The notes under the pieces: generated by a model | What the model was told of the DNA's origin: nothing | What the model saw: the letters and a program-made list of their open reading frames with translations, nothing else | The model's database searches: none | Translations under genes and position numbers: made by a program | NCBI GenBank assembly: GCA_964252075.1 | Contig: CAXULY010000029.1 | Location: 1 to 64,000, forward strand | Length of the DNA stretch: 64,000 nt | Reading direction: 5' to 3' | Source: an uncultured Deinococcaceae bacterium | Lineage (GTDB): Bacteria > Deinococcota > Deinococci > Deinococcales > Deinococcaceae | Shown: positions 1-9,747 of the stretch, in pieces | How positions within the stretch are numbered: position 1 is the first letter of the stretch | Layout of the letters: every line of letters begins with the position of its first letter

Positions 1-1205
1 CCTGTCAATTCAACAGTCAGAATTGTTGAGGACCTTGGGGTATGATCAAGCACCGACGGGTCGCCCGCCACCGCCTGCTTGTCCGCCACGCGCACGCTCA
101 CCAGCGTTTGCGGGAACATCACCAGTTCATCGTGCAGGGCGTCCAGTGTGGTGTTCAGCTGCGCGGCGGCCTTCAGGGTCAGCAGCGCCGTCAGCAGACC
201 GTCACCGGTTGGGCTGGCATCCAGGAACAGCACGTGGCCGCTCTGCTCTCCTCCCAGCTGCAGGCCGGAACCGGTCAGGCCCTCGTGCACGTACCGGTCC
301 CCGACCGCCGTGCGGTGCAGCGCGATGTTCGCCTCGCGCAGTTTCACCTCCAGCGCCATGTTGCTCATGATGGTCGTCACGACGCCCCGCTCGCAGCGCG
401 CCCGCGCGTTCAGGAGCAGCATGTGGTCCCCATGCACCACGTTCCCGCGAGAATCCACGAACAGGCAGCGGTCCGCGTCCCCGTCGAACGCCACGCCCAG
501 GTCGTAACTGCCCTCCCGCACGAGGCGCTGCAGGTGCTCCATGTGCGTGCTACCGCACCCCCGGTTGATGTTGTGACCGTCCGGCGTGGTGTACACCGCG
601 AACACGTCCGCGCCCGCCGCCTGAAACACCCGAGGCGCCACCCGGTACGCCGCTCCGTTCGCGCAGTCCATCGCGACCCGCAGGCCCGAGAGGTCTGGCG
701 CGAGACCCAGCAGGAAGTCCACGTACAGGCGCTCCGCCTCCTGGTAGTCCGTCACGCTCCCCAGCTCGCGGCCACTCAGCGCGGGCAGGTCCGCCACGCG
801 CGCGAGCATCGCCTCCATCTCCAGCTCAAGTGCATCGGGGAGTTTCTCACCGCTTGCCGCGAAGAACTTGATGCCGTTGTCCTCATACGGGTTGTGCGAC
901 GCGCTGATCACTACACCCGCATCCGCCTTCAGGTGCCGTGTCAGGAAGCTTACGCCCGGCGTGGGCAGCACCCCCACGTGAATGACGTCCGCGCCGCGCG
1001 ACGTGAGGCCCGCCGCGAGCGCGGATTCCAGCATGTCACCGCTCTGCCGCGTGTCCTTGCCGATCACCACGCAGGGGCGCACGCGCCCCCGCCCCAGCAC
1101 CTCCGCCGCCGCGGCGCCCAAACCCAGCACCCAGCCTGCCGTGAGGGGGTATTCGCCCGCCACCGCGCGCACGCCATCGGTGCCGAAAAATCGCCGTTGA
1201 GTCAT
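1..1205 (-). CDS. glmM: Phosphoglucosamine mutase (3' end not in window; the last ~15 codons do not look like GlmM)
   Basis: Manual translation from ATG 1205 gives MTQRRFFGTDGVRA..., VVIGKDTRQSG, the phosphoserine motif ISASHNPYEDNGIKF, FDGDADR and LGGEQSGH. It is absent from the ORF track because no stop lies in the window. Confidence 0.93.
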   Translation of the reverse strand, partial: MTQRRFFGTDGVRAVAGEYPLTAGWVLGLGAAAAEVLGRGRVRPCVVIGKDTRQSGDMLESALAAGLTSRGADVIHVGVLPTPGVSFLTRHLKADAGVVISASHNPYEDNGIKFFAASGEKLPDALELEMEAMLARVADLPALSGRELGSVTDYQEAERLYVDFLLGLAPDLSGLRVAMDCANGAAYRVAPRVFQAAGADVFAVYTTPDGHNINRGCGSTHMEHLQRLVREGSYDLGVAFDGDADRCLFVDSRGNVVHGDHMLLLNARARCERGVVTTIMSNMALEVKLREANIALHRTAVGDRYVHEGLTGSGLQLGGEQSGHVLFLDASPTGDGLLTALLTLKAAAQLNTTLDALHDELVMFPQTLVSVRVADKQAVAGDPSVLDHTPRSSTILTVELT

Positions 1206-1237
1206 GTGTGTATGATACTGCGCTGGCAGAACGTGCA

Positions 1238-1268
1238 AAAACAGCCGCCTCCTTGGAGGCGGCTGTTT
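1238..1268 (-). terminator. Intrinsic terminator after the S-layer gene
   Basis: Stem ACAGCCGCCTCC/GGAGGCGGCTGT followed by a T-run on the minus strand, about 13 nt after the stop codon. Confidence 0.85.
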
Positions 1269-1281
1269 GCAAGCGCTGGGC

Positions 1282-4200
1282 TTACTGGATGTTGAGGTTG
1301 AAGATCTGGCCGACGAACTGCTGGCCGGCGTTGTTCACCGACACGAAGCGGAAGTCGGTGTACTTGGTGGCGCTGGTCGTGTAGTCCAGCTTCACCTGGT
1401 GAATGCCCGAGGGGATGGTGTCGGTCGGGCTGCCGTCAACCGTCGCCGTGACGTCGGTCAGGCCAGTGAAGGCGCCAGAGCCGCCCACACGCGCTTCGAG
1501 GCGGTAGGTGTTGGGCAGACCAGCAGCGCTGTAGTTGAGGTTACCGGGCTGGGAGTTCGTCACCACGAACTGCAGGCCATTCACGGTGGAGGTGCCGGCG
1601 GGGTAGGTGGCGCTCAGCACCGAAGCGGGCGTCTGGTTCACGGAGGTGATCACGCCCAGGCCTTCGGCCACCGCCGAGTACTGACCCGAGCTGTCCAGCG
1701 CGAGGGCCGCAATGGCGTCGCTGCCCGCGAAGGCGTTGTCGCCGATGGCCACGCCCGTGCCGGCCGTCCCGATCAGCGCGCTGATCGAGCGGTAGAACTC
1801 GGTCTGCGAGTTGGTGTCGGCGATCAGGAACCAGGGAGCCGTGATCGGCGCACCGGAGGTGGCGGTGCCACTGACCGTCGTGCCGTCGGTCAGCTGGCCC
1901 CACACCGCGCGGCGGGTCGCCAGGTCGCTACCGGCGCGCACGGAGAGGGTCGGGTCGCCACCGAAGATGATCGTGCTGGCGTTGGTCTGGTAGTTCTGGA
2001 TCTGACCCCAGGCCGCGGGGAGCAGCTCGCGGTAGTAGTTCAGGTTGGCCAGCTGGGCGTAGTTGCTGCCGCTGCGACCGAAGGTACCGGCCTTGAGCAT
2101 GTCGCCCACGAAGTCGAGGGTGGGGTTGAACGCCGTCGTGGTGGCGGGGGCACCCACCAGCTGCACGTGCGCCGCATCCGTCTGAGGCACCGGGGTGTAG
2201 GCGGGCGCGGTGTTGCGCTGGTAGACATCGAAGTCGCCCAGCTTGGGCAGCGCGTAGTTCGCCAGCAGGTCGCCCTGGTTGGCGAGGTTGGAGTTGACGC
2301 CCAGGGTGTTGGGGAGCACGGTGCGGACCAGACGCTGCTGAATGGTCGCGTTGCCGGCCTTGTCCACCACCAGCAGGCCCAGCTTCACACCACGCGGGAT
2401 GTTGCCGCCCACGGCGCCGTTGGCAGGCTGGCCAGGGTAGACAGCCGTCCAGGTGCCGCTGGTCGCGCCCGCACGCTGCGGGTCGGTGCGGAACTCGACC
2501 GGCGCGCCGACGAAGCCGTTCTCGCGGCTGCGGGCGGTGGTGTCGTCCTCCGACGTCAGGTCGGTGGGGGTCAGGTAGTCGTTCCAGTACGTCTTGGTGA
2601 ACACGTCGTTGATGCCCGACGTGCCGTCAGAGACGGTGTTGTCGAAGTTCACCGAGGTGCCCGCCACGAAGGTCTGGCCCTGAGCGGGGGTCTGGATGTC
2701 GGCCTGAGGGTCGGTGTTGTCGAAGGTCACCGTCTGGGCGCCGTTGCCCGCCGGAGTGTTGCCCAGCGCGTCGGTCGCGCTGACCGTCACGGCGCACTGG
2801 CCGTCCGAGGGCACCACAACGTTGGAGTCCAGAGGGTACGAGTTGATGGTGATGTCGGCATAACCGGAGCCCGAGTCCGCAGGGGTGAAGCTTGCAGGAA
2901 CATCCGTGAAACGACCGCAGAAGTTGAAGCTCACGGTGGTGGAGCCACCGACGGTGCCCGGCGCCAGACCCACGAGCGCGTCACTGATGGTGCCGCTGAC
3001 CGTGAAGTAGTCGCTGATGTACTTGGCGGGGTCGGCCGAGGGGAAGGGCAGCGGGCTGCTGTCGAGCAGCTGCACGGTGCTGACGGTCGGGCCCACGTTG
3101 TCGAACGCGAGGTTCTGGTAGTTGGTGCTCGCCGTGTCGTTGCCGAGCTGGTCGGTGTCCACCGCGAAGACCACGTAGCTGCCGTCGTAAGCGCCGGCCG
3201 GGGCCTGGGCGCTGTCGAAGCTCACCTTGTAGTCACGGTTGGGACCAGCGGACTCCACCACGGGCAGCTTGGGGGTGATGGTGCTGCTGGCGTTCGCGCG
3301 GATGGCGTCCACGCGGGCCTGGCCCTGCACGGTGGGGATCTTGCCGAGCTGCGTGACGGGCACGAAGTAGTACTCGACGCTGTCGACGCCCGCGGGGTAG
3401 TTCTGACCGCTGGCCGGGTTCAGCACCAGGTCCGTCAGGTTGGGGTTGGTGATGAAGAGGTCCACGGAGCCACGCGCGAAGTTCGCGTTGGGCGCGCCGT
3501 AGTCGCGCAGCAGACGGTCGTTCGCGCCGCCGGTGCTGCGGAAGTCGGGGCTCGCCGCCTGCGGGCCGGTGTTGTCCACAACGAACGGGACGGCCGAGGT
3601 GGTGGAGGTGCCGTTGGCGAAGTACGTGCGCGTCACCAGGTACAGCACGCGGCTCTGGTAGCCGTTGAGCTGCGTGGTGTCGAACACGTAGGTGCCGTTC
3701 AGCGCGCCGTCGTACAGGTAGTTCACGGCGGGGCCGGTGTCGGTGGTGGAGACGTAGGCCTCGACGCGGGTGGCGTTCGCCACGGGCACGAAGCCCAGGG
3801 TGACGCGGCCCTTCAGGTAGTACACGCTGGTGAGCGTCGCGGTGCTGCCCGAGGCGGGCGGCTCGATCTGCTGGGGCAGCAGGCGGGCGCCGCCATCACG
3901 GTAGGCGCTGTAGTCAACAAAACCGGTGGTCGGGTTGACGGTCATGATGGGCGAGAAGGTCACGCCCGAGGTGGTGGAGCCCACACCCGAGTTGTTCAGG
4001 TTGACCGTGACGGTGGACTGCACGGCATTGCCGTCCGCGTCCTTACCCGAGACGACCAGCGTGACCGGGCCGTTCGCGCGGCCGGTCAGGTCCACAGCGC
4101 AGCTGCCGCTGGTGCCGCTAGAGCCGCTGGGGGTGAGCGTGCCGCCCTGAACACCGCACTGCACGTTGGTCACAACGCCGTTGGTGGTGTATTGGATGGT

Positions 4201-4413
4201 CACCAGGTTACCCACAGTGGAGTTGGCCAGCGGGCTGGTGATCGAGATGCCCGAGTTGACCGGCGTGGGGGTCGGCGTGGGGTTAGGGTTGGGGTTCGGG
4301 CCCGGAGCCGGGTTAGGCGTGGGATTCGGGGTGGGGGTCGTGCCTCCACCCTGGCTGCAGGCCGCGAGGGCCAGCATGCCCGTCAGCGCCAGTACAACAA
4401 ACTTTTTACTCAT
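1282..4413 (-). CDS. hpi: HPI-like (hexagonally packed intermediate) S-layer lipoprotein, 1043 aa
   Basis: Lipoprotein signal (LALTGMLALAAC), Pro/Asn/Thr linker, Ig-like repeats with DQLGN, DALGN and DKAGN motifs; the segment DQLGNDTAS..FDNVGPT..D.S.LPF resembles D. radiodurans HPI as I recall it. RBS GGAGGA. Confidence 0.82.
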   Translation of the reverse strand: MSKKFVVLALTGMLALAACSQGGGTTPTPNPTPNPAPGPNPNPNPTPTPTPVNSGISITSPLANSTVGNLVTIQYTTNGVVTNVQCGVQGGTLTPSGSSGTSGSCAVDLTGRANGPVTLVVSGKDADGNAVQSTVTVNLNNSGVGSTTSGVTFSPIMTVNPTTGFVDYSAYRDGGARLLPQQIEPPASGSTATLTSVYYLKGRVTLGFVPVANATRVEAYVSTTDTGPAVNYLYDGALNGTYVFDTTQLNGYQSRVLYLVTRTYFANGTSTTSAVPFVVDNTGPQAASPDFRSTGGANDRLLRDYGAPNANFARGSVDLFITNPNLTDLVLNPASGQNYPAGVDSVEYYFVPVTQLGKIPTVQGQARVDAIRANASSTITPKLPVVESAGPNRDYKVSFDSAQAPAGAYDGSYVVFAVDTDQLGNDTASTNYQNLAFDNVGPTVSTVQLLDSSPLPFPSADPAKYISDYFTVSGTISDALVGLAPGTVGGSTTVSFNFCGRFTDVPASFTPADSGSGYADITINSYPLDSNVVVPSDGQCAVTVSATDALGNTPAGNGAQTVTFDNTDPQADIQTPAQGQTFVAGTSVNFDNTVSDGTSGINDVFTKTYWNDYLTPTDLTSEDDTTARSRENGFVGAPVEFRTDPQRAGATSGTWTAVYPGQPANGAVGGNIPRGVKLGLLVVDKAGNATIQQRLVRTVLPNTLGVNSNLANQGDLLANYALPKLGDFDVYQRNTAPAYTPVPQTDAAHVQLVGAPATTTAFNPTLDFVGDMLKAGTFGRSGSNYAQLANLNYYRELLPAAWGQIQNYQTNASTIIFGGDPTLSVRAGSDLATRRAVWGQLTDGTTVSGTATSGAPITAPWFLIADTNSQTEFYRSISALIGTAGTGVAIGDNAFAGSDAIAALALDSSGQYSAVAEGLGVITSVNQTPASVLSATYPAGTSTVNGLQFVVTNSQPGNLNYSAAGLPNTYRLEARVGGSGAFTGLTDVTATVDGSPTDTIPSGIHQVKLDYTTSATKYTDFRFVSVNNAGQQFVGQIFNLNIQ
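4263..4345 (-). repeat. Degenerate hexamer tandem repeat encoding a (P-N/P-T)n linker
   Basis: Encodes TPTPNPTPNPAPGPNPNPNPTPTPTP just after the lipobox. Confidence 0.7.
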
Positions 4414-4902
4414 TCTTTCCTCCCTGGAGATCGTCGCTTCTCAGATCCGCAGGCCCGCTGACTGTCGTGGCACAAAAAAAGCGTGCGACAGCGACGGCAG
4501 TTGCCGTGTTTCCTACCGTCTTGTCGCACGTTTTCTTCATTGTCACTCCAGCAGCGAACATGAGGATGTGAAGCCTTAGCAGAGTATACGGGCGAGGTGA
4601 GAGGCTGTCAACCAAAGAAACACCGTCCCAGCCTCTGAAAACCGACCACTCGCCTTCCCGCTTGACGCTCGCGTCTCTCATGCATCAGAAACGACTCATT
4701 ACAACACGCGTTTGTCAATAAACGGTGACGCCATCCTATGAGGGAGTCGCCGTGAGCGGATGAGAAGGTTAACAGAGACTAATGGGACAACACCCAAGTG
4801 GAACGTACCACGTGGAGCGCGCATAACGCGCAACATTTTGTTACCAGAGCAAATCTAAACTTCTGGTCAGGTAGATGAGCGAGCACCATTTATATAAAGA
4901 GT

Positions 4903-6183
4903 TCAAGCGTCGCTTTCTGTTGTGTGATGCAGACTCATGAGTTTACGCCAACGCTCCATGATTCGACCTTCCCATCCCTCGTCTCGCGGCTCATAAAATG
5001 AGGCTTCGGTGCGCTCAGGTAGGTAGGATTGCTGAAAGCTGCCTTCTGGGTCATCGAAGTAATAGGAGTAGCCTTGACCGTACCCCTGCTGCCGCATGAG
5101 CGCTGTGGGGGCGTTGCGCAGGTGCAGGGGGACCGGGTGCTGCTCGGCCTGGGCGGCTTCCAGCGCTTGACCCCAGGCGGTGTACACGCTGTTGCTCTTG
5201 GGCGCCAGGGCGAGGTACACGGTGGCCTGCGCGAGGGCCAGGTCGCCTTCGGGGCTCCCGAGGAACACGGCGGCGTCGCGGGCGGCGAGGGCGAGACGCA
5301 GGGCCTGCGGGTCAGCCAGGCCGATGTCCTCGCTCGCCATGCGGACGATGCGGCGCGCCACGTAGATGGGGTCCGCTCCACCCGCGATCATGCGCGCGAG
5401 CCAGTACAGGGCGGCGTCCGGGTGACTGCCACGAACGGATTTGTGCAGGGCCGAGATGAGGTTGTAGAAGTCCTCCCCACCCTTGTCCATGGCGGGGAGG
5501 TGGCGGCCGTACGCTTCGGTGACCGCGTCGGGCGTGATGGGGTTCGCGAGGCTCGCGGCGACTTCCAGGGTGTTGAGGGCGCGGCGGGCGTCACCGTCCG
5601 CGAGGCGCGCGAGGAGCGCGAGCGCTTCAGGCTGCGCCTGCACACCGGGCAGGCCGCGCTCGTCGGTGAGGGCACGCTCCAGCAGGCCGCGCACGTCCTC
5701 CTCGGTGAGCGCTTCCAGGACCAGCGTGCGGGCGCGGGAGCGCAGGGCGGGGTTCACTTCGAAGCCGGGGTTCTCGGTCGTCGCGCCGATCAGGGTGAGC
5801 AGGCCGGACTCCACGTGCGGCAGCAGGGCGTCCTGCTGCGCCTTGTTGAAGCGGTGAATCTCGTCGAGGAAGAAGACCGTGCGTTCGCCGCGCGCCTGCC
5901 AGCGTTCCGCTTCCGCGACGGCTTCCCGCACGTCCTTGATGCCCGCCGAGACGGCGGAAAGGGCGATGAAGTGCGCGCCCACCTCGGCGGCGAGCAGGCG
6001 CGCGAGGGTGGTCTTGCCGACGCCGGGTGGGCCCCACAGGATCAGGCTGCCGAGGCGCCCAGATTGCAAGACGCGCGTGAGGGGTTTACCCGGGCCGAGC
6101 AGGTGGCGCTGGCCCACCACCTCGGCCACGGTGCGCGGGCGCAGGCGCTCGGCCAGCGGGGCGGGCGGCGTGAACAGGGTCAT
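4903..6183 (-). CDS. rarA: Replication-associated recombination protein A (RarA/MgsA AAA+ ATPase)
   Basis: PLAERLRP, Walker [54 protein letters not shown]. The true start is ATG 6183; the ORF track over-extends it. Confidence 0.93.
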   Translation of the reverse strand: MTLFTPPAPLAERLRPRTVAEVVGQRHLLGPGKPLTRVLQSGRLGSLILWGPPGVGKTTLARLLAAEVGAHFIALSAVSAGIKDVREAVAEAERWQARGERTVFFLDEIHRFNKAQQDALLPHVESGLLTLIGATTENPGFEVNPALRSRARTLVLEALTEEDVRGLLERALTDERGLPGVQAQPEALALLARLADGDARRALNTLEVAASLANPITPDAVTEAYGRHLPAMDKGGEDFYNLISALHKSVRGSHPDAALYWLARMIAGGADPIYVARRIVRMASEDIGLADPQALRLALAARDAAVFLGSPEGDLALAQATVYLALAPKSNSVYTAWGQALEAAQAEQHPVPLHLRNAPTALMRQQGYGQGYSYYFDDPEGSFQQSYLPERTEASFYEPRDEGWEGRIMERWRKLMSLHHTTESDA

Positions 6184-6279
6184 GTGCGCAGTGTAGTGGC
6201 GCGGGTGCGGGCCCTTCCTGCGGCCTTCGTTCAGGTCCGCCGGCCCCCTTCGCCTGGTGTGAGGGCTACACTCGCGGGC

Positions 6280-7476
6280 ATGGGTGCATCCGACCTCGCG
6301 CAGACGTACATTCAACTCGCCCACGCCATCGACGCTCACCTGCCGGGATTCATTGACGGGTACGGCGGCCCAGACGCCTGGGCGGACCGCAGCGTCCGCC
6401 CGCCCGCTGAGCTGCTGCAGCGCGCGGAGGCGCTGCTGGAGGAGGTGCAGGCGCTGCCGGACGCCGCGCGCCGCCGGTACCTGGAGGCGCAGGTGCGCGC
6501 CATGCGCACCCAGGCGCGCGTGCTGGCGGGAGAGGCGCTCACCTACGTGGAAGAGGTGCGCGGCACCTACGACATCGAGCCGGAGCGGGCGCCGGAGGCG
6601 GAGTTCGAGGCGGCCCTGAGCGCGCTGGACGCCTCGCTGCCCGGCTCTGGCGACCTGATTGCGCGGGAGGGCGTCCTGCGGGACCGGGTGACGGTGCCGA
6701 AAGCGGACATCCTGCGGGTGGCCGGGCCGATCCTGGCGGTGCTGCGGGAGCGCACGCGCGCCACGTACGGCCTGCCGGACGGCGAGAACTTCAGCGCTGA
6801 GCTGGTGGAGGGCAAGCCCTGGGGTGGATACAACTGGCCGCTCGGGAATTACCAGAGCCGCATTGACATCAACACGGACCTGCCCACCCTGCTGCCAAAC
6901 CTCCCAGGCCTGCTGGCGCACGAGGGGTACCCCGGCCATCACACCGAGCACGCCCTGAAGGAGGAGCACCTCGCGCGCGCGCGCGGCTGGGCGGAGTTCA
7001 GCATGCAGCTGCTGCAGGCCCCCGAGTGCGTGGTGAGCGAAGGCATCGCCACGCAGGCCCTGGACGCGGTCATGACGCCCGGCGAGGTGGAAGGCTGGCT
7101 GACCGGTGACCTCGCGGCGCTGGCGCGTCTTGATCCGGACGACGTGCGCGCGTACCTGCACGCGACGCGCGCGCGTGAGCAGCTTGGGCGGGTGAATGGC
7201 AACGCGGCCCTGCTGCTCCACCAGGAGGGTGCGGGGGAGGCGGAGGTGCTCGCGTACCTGCAGCATTACGGCGCGCGCACCGACGCGCAGGCGCGCAAGC
7301 AGCTGGAGTTCCTGCAGGCGCCCGCCAGCCGCACCTACACCTTCACGTACAGCGTGGGCAGCGCGCTGCTGGAGCGGTTGTTCGCCCGGGGGGACCGGCA
7401 GGTGTGGTTCCGCCGCCTCTTGACGGAGCCCGTGACGCCCGGCCTGCTGCGCGAGTGGTCCGCCCCACAGGCGTGA
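6280..7476 (+). CDS. DUF885-like putative zinc metalloprotein
   Basis: HEGYPGHH motif plus downstream SEG; TACACT 7 nt before ATG 6280. Confidence 0.65.
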   Translation: MGASDLAQTYIQLAHAIDAHLPGFIDGYGGPDAWADRSVRPPAELLQRAEALLEEVQALPDAARRRYLEAQVRAMRTQARVLAGEALTYVEEVRGTYDIEPERAPEAEFEAALSALDASLPGSGDLIAREGVLRDRVTVPKADILRVAGPILAVLRERTRATYGLPDGENFSAELVEGKPWGGYNWPLGNYQSRIDINTDLPTLLPNLPGLLAHEGYPGHHTEHALKEEHLARARGWAEFSMQLLQAPECVVSEGIATQALDAVMTPGEVEGWLTGDLAALARLDPDDVRAYLHATRAREQLGRVNGNAALLLHQEGAGEAEVLAYLQHYGARTDAQARKQLEFLQAPASRTYTFTYSVGSALLERLFARGDRQVWFRRLLTEPVTPGLLREWSAPQA

Positions 7477-7551
7477 TGGTTGGCGTGAGGTGACGGCAAT
7501 CGCGTCCATCACCTCACGGTCTGGTCCGGGGTTCGGGCGTAGCCTCTGCGC

Positions 7552-8400
7552 ATGACCCTCCCGGACGTCCTCGACCTGGGCTACTCCTTCTGCCCGAACG
7601 ACACCTTTATCTTCTACGCGCTGTCGCACGGCAAGACGGCCTCTCCCCTACCGGTGCGCGAGGTGCTGGAGGACGTGCAGACCCTCAACGACTGGGCGGG
7701 CGAGGGGCAGCTGCCCATCACGAAGATCAGTTACCGCGCGTATTTCTCCGTCATGGACCGCTACGTGGCGCTGCGTTCTGGCGGGGCGCTGGGGCGAGGG
7801 GTGGGGCCGCTCGTCGTGACGCGGGGGGACTTGAGCAGTCTGGACGGCGTGACGGTCGCCTCGCCGGGCGCCCTCACGACCGCGGAGATGCTGCTGCGCC
7901 TCGCGCACCCCGGCGCGCGCGTGGTACGCATGCGCTACGACGAGGTGATGCCTGCCGTGGCGCGCGGCGAGGTGGACGCGGGCCTCATCATTCACGAGTC
8001 GCGCTTCACGTACCCGCAGCACGGATTGAGCAAATTCATGGACCTGGGCGCGTGGTGGGAGGCCGACACGGGCCTGCCCCTGCCGCTCGGCGCGATCCTG
8101 GTGCGACGCGACCTGCCGCGTGACACCCAGTGGGCGCTGAACGAGGCGGTGCGGCGCAGCCTGGAGTACGCGTGGGCGCACCCGCAGGAGCCCAAGGGGT
8201 ACATCCGGCAGCACGCCTTAGAGATGTCCGACGAGGTCATGCAGGCGCACATTGACCTGTACGTGAACGACTTCTCCCTGGACGTGGGGGACGTGGGCGA
8301 ACAGGCGGTGAGGGAACTGCACCGCCGGGCGGTTCAGGCGGGCGTGGTGCGGGCGACGGACCTCCCGCTGTTCGTGGAGCGCGCCGTGATGGCGGACTGA
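7552..8400 (+). CDS. mqnD: 1,4-dihydroxy-6-naphthoate synthase (futalosine menaquinone pathway)
   Basis: [51 protein letters not shown]. Confidence 0.92.
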   Translation: MTLPDVLDLGYSFCPNDTFIFYALSHGKTASPLPVREVLEDVQTLNDWAGEGQLPITKISYRAYFSVMDRYVALRSGGALGRGVGPLVVTRGDLSSLDGVTVASPGALTTAEMLLRLAHPGARVVRMRYDEVMPAVARGEVDAGLIIHESRFTYPQHGLSKFMDLGAWWEADTGLPLPLGAILVRRDLPRDTQWALNEAVRRSLEYAWAHPQEPKGYIRQHALEMSDEVMQAHIDLYVNDFSLDVGDVGEQAVRELHRRAVQAGVVRATDLPLFVERAVMAD

Positions 8401-8440
8401 AGTCCGCGCCCGGCACCGCGCCGGCCCCACGGGTTCCCGC

Positions 8441-9511
8441 TTACCGTACCGCCGCGGCCTCTTCGAGCATCGCTTCCGTTTCCGGCCAGCCCACGCAGGC
8501 GTCCGTGACGCTCACGCCGTACTGCAGTTCGCTGAGGTCCCGTGGGATGGTCTGCTTGCCGGGGTTCAGGTGGCTCTCGATCATGAGGCCGCGCAGGCTG
8601 CGGGTGCCCGCCGCGCGCTGCGCGAGCACGTCCTGCCACACGAGGTGCTGGCGGGCGTGGTCGCCGCCGCTGTTCGCGTGCGAGCAGTCCACCACCAGCG
8701 CCGGGTTCAGGCCCGCCTCCTGCAGGAGCGTCTCGGCCTGCGCGACGGACGCCGCACCGTAATTCGGGCCGGGCTTCCCGCCGCGCAGCACCACGTGGCC
8801 GTCCGGGTTGCCGCGCGTGTGCACGATGCACGCCTGCCCGTCGTCCGTGACGGTGAAGAAGGCGTGCGCCCCCCGCGCCGCCACGACCGCGTCCACCGCG
8901 AGTTTGATGGTGCCGCCCGTGCCGTTCTTGAAGCCCATCGGGGCGGACACGGCGCTCGCCATCGCGCGGTGCGTCTGGGATTCCACGGTGCGCGCGCCGA
9001 TGCAGCCCCACGCCAGCAGGTCGAAGAGGTACTGCGGCACGAAGGGGTCCAGCAGTTCCGTCGCGACGGGCAGACCCAGCTCATTCACCTGCAGCATCAG
9101 GTCGCGCGTGCGGGAGAGGCCCCGCCCGAAGTCGTGGCGGCCGTCCAGGTCCGGGTCGGTGAGGAAGCCGCGCCAGCCGACCGTGGTGCGCGGCTTGTCC
9201 ACGTACACGCGCATCACGATCTCCAGGCGGTCCGCGAGGCGCTCACGGAGCGCCGCGAGGCGGGCCGCGTACTCCAGCGCCTGCGCCTCGTCGTGAATGC
9301 TGCATGGGCCAGCGATCACCAGCAGGCGCTCGTCGCTCCCGTGCAGGATGTCGCGGATGGCGTCGCGGGCGCGCAGCACCGTGCGTTCCGCGGCGGGCGT
9401 GAGGGGCTGCGCGGCCTTCAGTTCGCGGGGTGTGACGACCGGCTCATAGGCGGAGACGTGGAGGTTCTCGGTGCGGGAGGGGTGGGTCTCGCTGATTTCC
9501 AGGCGGGTCAT
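8441..9511 (-). CDS. aroF: DAHP synthase (3-deoxy-7-phosphoheptulonate synthase), type I-alpha
   Basis: [66 protein letters not shown] before ATG 9511. Confidence 0.93.
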   Translation of the reverse strand: MTRLEISETHPSRTENLHVSAYEPVVTPRELKAAQPLTPAAERTVLRARDAIRDILHGSDERLLVIAGPCSIHDEAQALEYAARLAALRERLADRLEIVMRVYVDKPRTTVGWRGFLTDPDLDGRHDFGRGLSRTRDLMLQVNELGLPVATELLDPFVPQYLFDLLAWGCIGARTVESQTHRAMASAVSAPMGFKNGTGGTIKLAVDAVVAARGAHAFFTVTDDGQACIVHTRGNPDGHVVLRGGKPGPNYGAASVAQAETLLQEAGLNPALVVDCSHANSGGDHARQHLVWQDVLAQRAAGTRSLRGLMIESHLNPGKQTIPRDLSELQYGVSVTDACVGWPETEAMLEEAAAVR

Positions 9512-9528
9512 GGCGGTCCTTTCACGGT

Positions 9529-9567
9529 GAAAGAAGGAACGCCGCCCGGGGGTGGTCCCGGGCGGCG
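9529..9567 (-). terminator. Attenuator terminator in the DAHP synthase leader
   Basis: 11-bp stem CGCCGCCCGGG/CCCGGGCGGCG followed by TTCCTTCTTTC, between the leader ORF and the RBS. Confidence 0.75.
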
Positions 9568-9591
9568 CGTGGTGGTGCTGGAAACGCGGAA

Positions 9592-9645
9592 TCAGCCGGG
9601 GGTACTTGAAAACCACCAGCCGTCAAAATAAAAGCCCGCGTTCAT
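9592..9645 (-). CDS. Aromatic-amino-acid leader peptide [17 protein letters not shown]
   Basis: 17-codon uORF with 3 Phe, 1 Tyr and tandem Trp codons directly upstream of a terminator and the DAHP synthase. Confidence 0.8.
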   Translation of the reverse strand: MNAGFYFDGWWFSSTPG

Positions 9646-9700
9646 TGCCCTCAGGTGTAGCACGGGACGCCCGAGGGAACGGTGGGCCCTGCCTAGAACG

Positions 9701-9733
9701 AGGGCCGCCCGGACGGACGGTCCGGGCGGCCCT
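9701..9733. terminator. GC-rich hairpin after the Cys-rich protein gene
   Basis: Inverted repeat AGGGCCGCCCGGAC/GTCCGGGCGGCCCT. Confidence 0.6.
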
Positions 9734-9747
9734 CCAGGCAGCGGTCT

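Noticed and set aside
1267..4461. Long antisense ORFs (for example 1267-4461+, 20915-23956+, 23794-26778+, 26408-28804+, 38288-40291-)
   Set aside because: Shadow frames of high-GC genes; they have no motifs and the opposite strand encodes recognisable proteins.
4903..7629. 908-aa minus and 815-aa plus ORFs suggesting overlapping fusions
   Set aside because: These are over-extensions of rarA (start 6183) and the DUF885-like gene (start 6280), each with its own adjacent -10 box.
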